Shown: piece after piece, positions 46,227 through 54,371 of the stretch
Position numbering within the stretch: the stretch's first letter is position 1
Layout: each line of letters starts with the position of its first letter
Source: a virus
Taxonomy: Duplodnaviria > Caudoviricetes
Length of the DNA: 64,000 nt
Virus record (IMG/VR): IMGVR_UViG_3300024346_000030
Span: 1-64,000 of that record
Direction: 5' to 3' (one strand)
Notes under the pieces: model-generated
What the model was told of the DNA's origin: nothing
The model's input: the letters and a program-made list of their open reading frames with translations, nothing else
The model's database searches: none
Position numbers and translations under genes: made by a program

Positions 46227-47255
46227 ATGAAGAAGGCAATAATTACAGGAGTAACAGGTCAAGATGGTAGTCACATGGTAGACTACTTGTTGGCGAACAC
46301 AGACATTGATATCATCGCAGGAGTACGCCGACTTAGCGTTAAAAATCACGAGAATATAAAACACTTGTCTGACAGCCCAAGATTTAGACTAATCGACCTT
46401 GATATAACTGATCAATCAAATGTCAATCGTGTTATCGAGGAAGAGAAGCCAGACTACTTTATTAATTTTGCAGCAAATTCATTTGTTGGTGTTAGTTGGG
46501 ACATGCCAGAGAACCACATGAATACAAACTGCATGGCGGTATTGTACCAGCTTGAGGCTATCCGCAAATACTGCCCAGATTGCCGTTATTACAACGCTGG
46601 TTCATCCGAAGAGTTTGGCGACGTAGTTACTGCCCCACAGGACGAGACGCACCCACTGCGCCCTAGAAGCCCCTATGGAGCATCCAAAGCGGCAGCAAGA
46701 CACCTAGTTAAAGTATGGCGTGAAAGTTATAATTTATACGCCATTCAAGGTTGGCTTTTTAATCACGAAGGAATTCGTAGAGGTGAAGAATTTCTTACCC
46801 GAAAAGTCACTAAAGGTGTGGCTGAGATATTTTGGAAAAACAGCATCGGAGATGACTTCAAACCCATTAAGCTTGGAAACCTTGAAGCAAAAAGAGACTG
46901 GTCTGATGCGGAGGATTTTGTAGATGGTATTTGGAAGATGCTTAATCAAAAAGAGCCAAAGGAATATGTTCTAGCCTCTGGAGAGACCCATACAATCAGA
47001 GAGTTTGTGGAAACTGCTTTTGCTTATGCTGGCTACGGTGCTGAAAAATGCAAATGGGTTGGTGAAGGTCTAGACGAAAAATATATTCACGGTAATCAAT
47101 TACTTGTTGAGATTAACCCTAAATATTACAGACCCGCCGAGGTAGAGCTTTTATTAGGAGACCCTTCCAGAGCAGAAAAAGAGCTTGGCTGGATCAGAAA
47201 AACAAATTTTCAAGGGCTTGTAAAAAAGATGGTTGACAACGATATCAGTTTGTGA
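46227..47255 (+). CDS. gmd: GDP-mannose 4,6-dehydratase
   Basis: ITGVTGQDGS, SSEEFG, PRSPYGASK, LFNHEG.RRGEEF.TRK, GNLEAKRDW, YRPAEVELLLGD. Confidence 0.95.
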   Translation: MKKAIITGVTGQDGSHMVDYLLANTDIDIIAGVRRLSVKNHENIKHLSDSPRFRLIDLDITDQSNVNRVIEEEKPDYFINFAANSFVGVSWDMPENHMNTNCMAVLYQLEAIRKYCPDCRYYNAGSSEEFGDVVTAPQDETHPLRPRSPYGASKAAARHLVKVWRESYNLYAIQGWLFNHEGIRRGEEFLTRKVTKGVAEIFWKNSIGDDFKPIKLGNLEAKRDWSDAEDFVDGIWKMLNQKEPKEYVLASGETHTIREFVETAFAYAGYGAEKCKWVGEGLDEKYIHGNQLLVEINPKYYRPAEVELLLGDPSRAEKELGWIRKTNFQGLVKKMVDNDISL

Positions 47256-47261
47256 TATCGT
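47233..47261 (+). promoter_or_regulatory. sigma70 promoter of the replication operon, overlapped by a 9-5-9 inverted repeat
   Basis: TTGACA-17 nt-TATCGT, 6 nt before ATG 47268; ACGATATCA-gtttg-TGATATCGT. Confidence 0.7.
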
Positions 47262-47267
47262 TATCCC

Positions 47268-47708
47268 ATGCCTAGGGGTAAAAAAGAGTGTCCATCATGC
47301 AAAAGTCTCATAGGAGTGAGGCTCGAAAGCTGTGCGTGTGGACACGTATTTTCCAAAAAGAAAAAAGCAGAAAGTAAGATAAGTAAAATGTCTATACTTA
47401 ACAGGCTTATTTTGGTACCAGATAAAAATAAGAGGCCCTTCTATGCGAGGGAAATGAAAATGCTAAACATCCTCTGCGAGAGATACTCTCTTGAGTTTAT
47501 TAACATAGTGGAGTTTGGTAAAAAGTTTGATTCGTTTGCTTATATTTCGAGTCCAAAACTTAAGGATGTTATGGATATGAAATGGAGGGCTTTTAATTAT
47601 AAGGTTGACAAAAATAAATATACGGAATATAATATTGGTGAAAAGGTAGGGAAAGACAAACAAATAACAAAAAGAAACAAAACAACAAAAGATTTTTTAA
47701 ATGAGTGA
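47268..47708 (+). CDS. zinc-ribbon hypothetical protein
   Basis: CPSC..CACGH at the N-terminus. Confidence 0.6.
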   Translation: MPRGKKECPSCKSLIGVRLESCACGHVFSKKKKAESKISKMSILNRLILVPDKNKRPFYAREMKMLNILCERYSLEFINIVEFGKKFDSFAYISSPKLKDVMDMKWRAFNYKVDKNKYTEYNIGEKVGKDKQITKRNKTTKDFLNE

Positions 47709-48819
47709 TAAACTAAATTCAACTAACCTATTAGGCAACTTCCTAAAAGCAAACAAGGAAGACCATTACAATTTCGAAGAAGAGATTGATTATAAAATCT
47801 CAAGCGGGTCACTTCAATTTGACCTCCATTTAGGAGGCGGCTTTGGACCAGGTCTTCATAGGTTTTGTGGTATGAACGAAGGAGGTAAGACTTCCGAAGC
47901 TTTGGAGGTTATGAAAAACTTCTTAATTACCCTGCCTAAATCAAAAGCGGTTTACTTCAAAGCTGAAGGTAGGCTTTCTCCAGAGATGAAGAAGAGGTCT
48001 GGCGTTAAGTTCGTTTCCAAAGCTGAAGATTGGGTAGAGGGTACGTGTTTTGTCTTTGAGTCAAACATTTACGAGACTGTCGTAGATCTAATGAGGCAGC
48101 TTGTAACCAATAACGAGGACGAAACGAAATACTGTTTCCTTTTAGATTCTGTTGATGGATTGATTTTAAAAAATGACATCGATAAACCCTTTGAGGATTC
48201 ATCAAAGATAGCTGGTGGAGCAGTTGTTGCTGGAACCTTCATGAAGAAAATGTCAATAGCCTTAGCTAAACGTGGTCACATGGCTATTTTCATTTCGCAG
48301 GTTAGGGCTGACATAAAATTAGATCCCTACAGCAAAGCTCCAATTAGGCAAACTAGCGCTACAGGCGGTAACGCATTATTGCATTTTGCTAACTGGATTA
48401 TAGAATTCGAAGCTAGATATAATAAAGACTGTATTCTTAAAAACCCATCAATCAAAAAGATGGACGCAAAGAAAAACCCAGCAATAGGCCACTTCGCCGT
48501 TGTTACAGTTAAAAAATCACCAAACGAAAAAACTAATACTAAAATTACATACCCAATCAGGTATGGTAGGTCTGATGGTACATCTATATGGATTGAAAAA
48601 GAAATAGTAGATTTACTTTTTGCTTGGGAGTTCTTAATTAAGAAAGGTTCATGGATACAAGCGACAGAAGAATTCCTTGAGATAATTTCAGAAAACAACT
48701 TAGAGTTTCCAGAAAAAATCCAAGGAGAAAACAACGTTTTCAAGCAAATAGAAGGTGATGAGAAGCTTTCTGATTTCCTAGTTGATTATTTCAAAAAAGC
48801 GATCAATGAATTTTCATGA
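47701..48819 (+). CDS. recA: RecA/UvsX-like recombinase
   Basis: ISSGSLQFD, GMNEGGKTS, LLDSVDG, IFISQVR, GGNALLHFA. Confidence 0.85.
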   Translation: MSDKLNSTNLLGNFLKANKEDHYNFEEEIDYKISSGSLQFDLHLGGGFGPGLHRFCGMNEGGKTSEALEVMKNFLITLPKSKAVYFKAEGRLSPEMKKRSGVKFVSKAEDWVEGTCFVFESNIYETVVDLMRQLVTNNEDETKYCFLLDSVDGLILKNDIDKPFEDSSKIAGGAVVAGTFMKKMSIALAKRGHMAIFISQVRADIKLDPYSKAPIRQTSATGGNALLHFANWIIEFEARYNKDCILKNPSIKKMDAKKNPAIGHFAVVTVKKSPNEKTNTKITYPIRYGRSDGTSIWIEKEIVDLLFAWEFLIKKGSWIQATEEFLEIISENNLEFPEKIQGENNVFKQIEGDEKLSDFLVDYFKKAINEFS

Positions 48820-49223
48820 AGTTTTATGATTCATATGGAAAAACAAGAAACCTAAAAAACCCCAAAAAATATCTAATAGATTGGGATGGCTCTAGTCGAA
48901 GTAAATTTCAAAATAATGTGAAAAACTTTTTAAGAGACTACTGGTTTAACGATATTGTTTTTGAAGAATTCCGAGTTGTTGGCTCCAGATTGTCTCTTGA
49001 CTTTTATAACGCAAACAAAAAGATTGCAATTGAGGTTCAAGGAGCTCAACATTTAAAATACGTCAAGCACTTTCACAAAAACAAATTAAAATATTTAGAT
49101 CAATTGAAAAGAGATCAGAAAAAGCTTGATTTCTGTGAGATCAATGGTATAAAGCTTGTAGAGATATACCCAAAAGATAAACTAAGCCCAACATACTTTA
49201 CAGACCAAGATATATATTTATGA
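48816..49223 (+). CDS. Vsr/DUF559-like PD-(D/E)XK endonuclease
   Basis: LSLDFY..IAIEVQGAQH..RDQKK. Confidence 0.7.
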   Translation: MKFYDSYGKTRNLKNPKKYLIDWDGSSRSKFQNNVKNFLRDYWFNDIVFEEFRVVGSRLSLDFYNANKKIAIEVQGAQHLKYVKHFHKNKLKYLDQLKRDQKKLDFCEINGIKLVEIYPKDKLSPTYFTDQDIYL

Positions 49224-49441
49224 ATGAAGAAGCAGTATTTGTGATACCAGAAAATTTTTTAGATAAGTTGTACGAGTTTACGGGTTCGGCTGACAAGTAT
49301 AAAGGTTTAATATTGGTCCATTGTGACGAGAAGGGTAGACCTATCATATTTAATAATTGCGAGTCTCAAATTATTGAGTCAGGACTAATGAAAGCAATGA
49401 GCTCATACCTAAAAAGATACGACAATATACAAACAAAATGA
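49220..49441 (+). CDS. hypothetical protein
   Basis: 73-aa ORF with overlaps to both neighbours. Confidence 0.6.
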   Translation: MNEEAVFVIPENFLDKLYEFTGSADKYKGLILVHCDEKGRPIIFNNCESQIIESGLMKAMSSYLKRYDNIQTK

Positions 49442-50946
49442 TTTACAATCTAGAACTAGAAAAACAGCTGCTAGCTGGTCTTATAAAAGATCCAGATTCC
49501 TTTTCTGAAATATCAAACTTCATCAATAATGATGATTTCTATTCAGAAGAGAGCAATCTGCACAAAACCATTTTTACTGTAATAAAGCAAGCACATCAGT
49601 CTGGTGAGGATATCGATGAGATTATCGTTGCTGACAGAATAGCGAGCATAGGGTTATCTTTTGAAGATAATTTAAACCCCTCTGATTATATTAAGTCGTT
49701 AGCATTAAGGAAGGTTCCTGTTGGTAATGTAATTAAAACAGCAAAAGAACTCAAAAAGACTTCGGTAAGAAGAGGTATTTACAAAGCCGCTCAAGATGTG
49801 GCTAGTGAGATGAAGAAGATTTCTCCAGAAATTCCATATACAGAAATCATAGAAAAAGCAGACCAGGTTTACAATTCTAAAATAAATCTATACGAAGCTG
49901 GTGATAATTTACCAGAAAACATATATGATGAAATGGAGTTCGTTATCGAGGATAGGGGTAATAACCCTGTCGTAGAGTTTGGCATGATGGGACCACACCC
50001 AACAGTTAATAAGATTTACGGGTCACTTCTTAGGCCTGGTAATATTACGGTTATTGTTGCAAGATCTGGTGTTGGTAAAACTCAGTTTTGCATGGATTAT
50101 GCCACTAAGGTAAGCTTAAAATACGACGTTCCTGTTTTGCATTTTGATAACGGAGAGATGAGTAAAGAGGAACTTATAATGAGGCAGTGTGCTTCTTTAT
50201 CTGGCGTACCGATGCATCTACTTGAAAGCGGTAAGTGGAGACAAGCTGGTAGCGATGTTGTAGATAAAGTTCGTTCTGTTTGGCCTAAGGTTAAAAACCT
50301 AAAATTTTATTACTATAATGTTGGAGGTCTAGATGTTGACTCAATGGTTAATACATTGAAGCGCTTTTACTTCTCCAAAGTAGGCAGAGGCAACAAGATG
50401 ATTTTTTCTTTTGACTACATCAAAACCACAAGCGAAGCTTCCGCCAATAAAAACGAGTGGCAGATTGTTGGGGAAATGGTCGACAAGTTCAAGAAGTGTG
50501 TCCAGAAAGAAATACTTCATGAAGGCGAACCTATCATACCAATGATAACCTCTGTCCAGTCCAATAGGTATGGAATAACGAACAACAGAAACGCTCAGAA
50601 TGTGGTTGACGATGAGAGCATCGTGTCTCTCTCTGATAGAATTATTCAATTCTGTTCTCACATGTTTATCCTAAGAAGTAAAACTGCTGATGAAATAGAA
50701 ATTGAAGGGAGCAACTTTGGAACCCATAAGTTAGTCAACATTAAAAGCAGACACTTAGGACAAGACATCGCTGGAGCTCTGGAACCTATCCAAGTCGGAG
50801 ACACTCTTCGTAAAAACTTTATAAACCTCAACTTTGCTAACTTTAACATTACGGAAAGAGGAGATCTTCGTGATATAGTTAGGTCTGACGAAGGTCATGC
50901 AGAGATAGATGGGTCAGAAGTACAACAGGTTCCTAGTTTTGAATGA
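49438..50946 (+). CDS. dnaB: replicative helicase, DnaB family
   Basis: ARSGVGKT, FDYIK, TSVQSNR, helical N-terminal domain. Confidence 0.9.
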   Translation: MIYNLELEKQLLAGLIKDPDSFSEISNFINNDDFYSEESNLHKTIFTVIKQAHQSGEDIDEIIVADRIASIGLSFEDNLNPSDYIKSLALRKVPVGNVIKTAKELKKTSVRRGIYKAAQDVASEMKKISPEIPYTEIIEKADQVYNSKINLYEAGDNLPENIYDEMEFVIEDRGNNPVVEFGMMGPHPTVNKIYGSLLRPGNITVIVARSGVGKTQFCMDYATKVSLKYDVPVLHFDNGEMSKEELIMRQCASLSGVPMHLLESGKWRQAGSDVVDKVRSVWPKVKNLKFYYYNVGGLDVDSMVNTLKRFYFSKVGRGNKMIFSFDYIKTTSEASANKNEWQIVGEMVDKFKKCVQKEILHEGEPIIPMITSVQSNRYGITNNRNAQNVVDDESIVSLSDRIIQFCSHMFILRSKTADEIEIEGSNFGTHKLVNIKSRHLGQDIAGALEPIQVGDTLRKNFINLNFANFNITERGDLRDIVRSDEGHAEIDGSEVQQVPSFE

Positions 50947-50956
50947 TATAGCAGAC

Positions 50957-51982
50957 ATGAAACAAATCCTAGAAAACATTGGTTACAATCTTGTTGATTG
51001 CGGTAACCATTGGAGAACCAGGGCTGTGTATAGGGATGGAGACAACCCTACGGCGCTGCAGATATATAAAAACACAGGGGTATGGATAGACTTTATTCAA
51101 GGCAATAAGTCAAAACCTTTTGAAGCTCTTATACAGCTTACATTAAAAGACGATAAAGATAAATTAAAAACAATCCTAAAGTCGATAGACTCAAACTCTG
51201 AAGATTTTACTGAATACAAACAAAAAGCATTAATACAAATGGAGAAAACTTACGACAATTCTGTTTTAGATAAATTGTTCCCTAACTACAATTTTTATAA
51301 ATGCAAAAAAATATCAGAGTCAACACAGTCTGCTTTCAAGGTTGGTCTAGCTGGCTCTGGTCAGATGTATCGCAGAATGGTTTTCCCTGTTTATAATGAA
51401 CACTCTCAAATTATAGGTTTCTCAGGTAGAAGAGTTGATGACAATGATTTTGCAAAATGGAAACACTTAGGTAAAAAAAATAACTGGATATACCCAGCCT
51501 ATATACCAAACGAAGAGAGTGTAGACTCTATAATAACAAAGTCTAAAGAAGTGTATCTTGTAGAAAGTATTGGTGATGCAATGTCCCTTTATGAAGAAGG
51601 CATAAAGAATGTGTTAGTTATTTTTGGTCTTTCTGTCAGTGCTTCAATTATAACTTATTTATCTAGTAAAAGTTTAGAAAGAATAATTATAGCTGGTAAC
51701 AATGATTTCAATTCGAAAGAGAATAGGGGTTTGATGGCTTCGATTAAAAACTTTTTAAAACTCTCAGCTTATTTTGATCTTGATTCTATTCAAATTAAAA
51801 ACCCACCGAAAGGTTTTAATGATCTTGGAGAGGCACATGAGTCTGGTAAATCTTTAAAAGACTGGTCTAATGATAAAGTTGATATAAAAAAGCAAAGGTC
51901 TTTTATATCCAGCTTCGTTTCGGAGAACTACCAGAAGTTTTCTAAAAGCCATATTAAAAAAGCAAAAAAAATAAATGAGTGA
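50957..51982 (+). CDS. DnaG-like primase (start reassigned to 50957)
   Basis: RMVFPV..IIGFSGR..KWKH; TOPRIM VYLVESIGDAMSL; NDLGE. Confidence 0.85.
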   Translation: MKQILENIGYNLVDCGNHWRTRAVYRDGDNPTALQIYKNTGVWIDFIQGNKSKPFEALIQLTLKDDKDKLKTILKSIDSNSEDFTEYKQKALIQMEKTYDNSVLDKLFPNYNFYKCKKISESTQSAFKVGLAGSGQMYRRMVFPVYNEHSQIIGFSGRRVDDNDFAKWKHLGKKNNWIYPAYIPNEESVDSIITKSKEVYLVESIGDAMSLYEEGIKNVLVIFGLSVSASIITYLSSKSLERIIIAGNNDFNSKENRGLMASIKNFLKLSAYFDLDSIQIKNPPKGFNDLGEAHESGKSLKDWSNDKVDIKKQRSFISSFVSENYQKFSKSHIKKAKKINE

Positions 51983-53000
51983 ACCAATAACAACATTATC
52001 AGCTAGCAGAATCAAGACAGCAGAGAGTTGTTCCTGGTTGTATTGGGCTAAGTATAAATTAAAACTTCCAGACAGGAGTAATGATGGGGCTAGGAGGGGT
52101 TCTATATGCCACTTAATCTTTGAGGTGCTCGGTGAAAAAAGAAGAAGACATTATTTCGACGAGATCGTAAGAACGCTTGACGTATTTAGCGTACCTTCTA
52201 TTAAAAGGTTGATCATGAAACACGCTATCAGAGAAGGCGTAGATGATGAAGATAATGTTCAAATGATGAAGGAAATGACCCTCAATGGTTTGATGTATGA
52301 TTTCTTTGGAAACACTGATCAAGAGCCCACTGAAGAACATTCTGAGAAAGACTTCCATATTGTAGTTAATGATGGAACTGTTAAATATAAAATAAGAGGT
52401 TTTATCGACAAGCTGTTCTTATACAAAGACAAAAAGTTTGCCTTGATTAGAGACTTTAAAACCAGTAAGGAAACATTTAAAGGTAAAGATGCAGAGGACA
52501 ACATGCAAGACCTTATGTATAGCCTCGCTGTAAAGCATTTATTCCCAGAGTACGAGACAAAACAAAGTGAATTCTTGTTCTTGAAGTTTGACTTGATTCC
52601 AGATGTCAAAAAAAGCGGTATTGTTAGGATGGAGCCTCTTGATGAGCATGATCTTCACGGTTTTGAACACCACTTAACAGAGATACAAAAATATCTAGAC
52701 AACTTCAATGAGGAGTCTGCCACTAAAAACATGGCTGCATATAAAGGTTTTCCTAGTGATGGATCATTTAGCTGTAAACTTCTTTGTGGTTTTGCCAAGG
52801 AAAAAGGACAACTTAAGAAAGATGGTTCGCCAATGTGGCATTGCGGAATGAAGTTTGACTTCTTTTATTATGACATTAAGGACGCGGAAGGTAACTTTTA
52901 CAAGTCTTGTTTTGATGATGAGTTTTCTGAGGATCTAGTTCCAGAAGGAGGTACTTATGAAATGAAATATTATGCAGGATGCCCAGCACATTCTTCTTGA
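51975..53000 (+). CDS. Cas4/RecB-like PD-(D/E)XK exonuclease
   Basis: LSASRI..C, RGFIDKL, IRDFKTS; one N-terminal plus three C-terminal Cys in the Fe-S pattern. Confidence 0.8.
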   Translation: MSEPITTLSASRIKTAESCSWLYWAKYKLKLPDRSNDGARRGSICHLIFEVLGEKRRRHYFDEIVRTLDVFSVPSIKRLIMKHAIREGVDDEDNVQMMKEMTLNGLMYDFFGNTDQEPTEEHSEKDFHIVVNDGTVKYKIRGFIDKLFLYKDKKFALIRDFKTSKETFKGKDAEDNMQDLMYSLAVKHLFPEYETKQSEFLFLKFDLIPDVKKSGIVRMEPLDEHDLHGFEHHLTEIQKYLDNFNEESATKNMAAYKGFPSDGSFSCKLLCGFAKEKGQLKKDGSPMWHCGMKFDFFYYDIKDAEGNFYKSCFDDEFSEDLVPEGGTYEMKYYAGCPAHSS

Positions 53001-53025
53001 CTTTTTTATATTATGATGTTACCAT
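52997..53025 (+). promoter_or_regulatory. sigma70 promoter of the polymerase genes
   Basis: TTGACT-17 nt-TACCAT, 6 nt before ATG 53032. Confidence 0.6.
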
Positions 53026-53031
53026 CATAAC

Positions 53032-53745
53032 ATGATCAAGCCCATATTTAAGTCGACATACTCTACAGGTAAGAGTATATTGACTCTAGATGAGATAATA
53101 GATATCTGCGATGAAGGAGACATGAATAATGTCACCATCGTTGAGGATAACTTAACCAGCTTTATGAAAGCTTTTCACTTGTGCAAACAAAGAGGAAAAG
53201 ACCTAACTTATGGCCTTAGGATTACTCTTTGTAATGAAGACCTAGAAGATGATTCTGATCATAAGGCCGTGATATTCGCAATGAATGATTTAGGCTGCAA
53301 ACTCCTAAATAAGATATACTCTTTGGCTTTTGTCGAGAACGGCGGAAAGCTTACTTATAAGGATTTGAAATCATTTTGGGATAATGAATCCTTATGTTTT
53401 GTGGTCCCTTTTTATGACAGCTTTATACATCAGAACAACCTTTATTTAAAGAACTGTATTCCAGACCTGGAGGGGTTAAATCCTAGGTTTTGGGTTGAGA
53501 ATAACAACTTACCTTATGATCGCCTTATTTGTCAAAAAGTTTTAGAGTATGCGGAAGACTGTTATGACATGAGTCATGTTAAGTCTATATACTATAAGAA
53601 CAAAGAAGATGTAGAAGCTCTGCAGACTTACAAAATTCTCTGCAATAGAACATTTGGTAGGCAAGCTACATTATCATGCCCTAACCTAAGCCACTTCTCT
53701 AGCGATGAGTTTTGCTGGGAATCATATAAAGAATTATCAAAATGA
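53032..53745 (+). CDS. stand-alone PHP domain of DNA Pol III alpha (metal ligands degenerate)
   Basis: FKSTYS.GKSIL (versus HxHSxYS), IVEDNLTSF, YGLRI, AMNDLGCKLLNKIYS. Confidence 0.75.
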   Translation: MIKPIFKSTYSTGKSILTLDEIIDICDEGDMNNVTIVEDNLTSFMKAFHLCKQRGKDLTYGLRITLCNEDLEDDSDHKAVIFAMNDLGCKLLNKIYSLAFVENGGKLTYKDLKSFWDNESLCFVVPFYDSFIHQNNLYLKNCIPDLEGLNPRFWVENNNLPYDRLICQKVLEYAEDCYDMSHVKSIYYKNKEDVEALQTYKILCNRTFGRQATLSCPNLSHFSSDEFCWESYKELSK

Positions 53746-54371
53746 ACGAACTATTAAGATTCAATAGAAAGCAAAAATATATAATCTTCGACACTGAAAC
53801 CGAAGGTTTAAATTTAGTAAAGTCAAAACCATGGCAAGCTGCCTGGATCGTTGCTGAAGGCAGCAAGGTCATCAAGAAATATGACAAGCTCATCAAGTGG
53901 GACGATCTTAAAGTCTCTAAGGATGCTGCAAGAATAACAGGTTTTGACAAAAAAAATTATGAAGACAACGCAGAAGACCCAAGGTCTGTATGGAATGAAT
54001 TTTCAAAATATCTTTTTGACGACTCCTATTTAATAGTTGGCCAGAACCTACTAGGCTTTGATGTTTATATGATAGATGTATGGAGAAAGCTTATTGGAGA
54101 GCCTCTGAATCAAGACTATATTAATAGAATCATTGACACTAAAGCAATTGCTACGGCCATTGCTAAGGAGTCTCCAGTAGACAAAGCTAATTTTATTTAC
54201 TGGCAATACAGGTGGCTTAATTATAGAGAAAGAGGACTTAAAACATCTCAATTGACATTGCTTAAAAAATACGGCATTGACTTTGATCAAAAGAGATTGC
54301 ATGATGCACTTTACGACATTGAAATGAACCTTGAGATTTTTCACAAACAACTTTACGATATTGAATTATGA
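53742..54371 (+). CDS. DEDDh 3'-5' exonuclease (DnaQ/epsilon-like)
   Basis: IFDTETEG, GQNLLGFD, LHDALYD. Confidence 0.9.
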   Translation: MNELLRFNRKQKYIIFDTETEGLNLVKSKPWQAAWIVAEGSKVIKKYDKLIKWDDLKVSKDAARITGFDKKNYEDNAEDPRSVWNEFSKYLFDDSYLIVGQNLLGFDVYMIDVWRKLIGEPLNQDYINRIIDTKAIATAIAKESPVDKANFIYWQYRWLNYRERGLKTSQLTLLKKYGIDFDQKRLHDALYDIEMNLEIFHKQLYDIEL

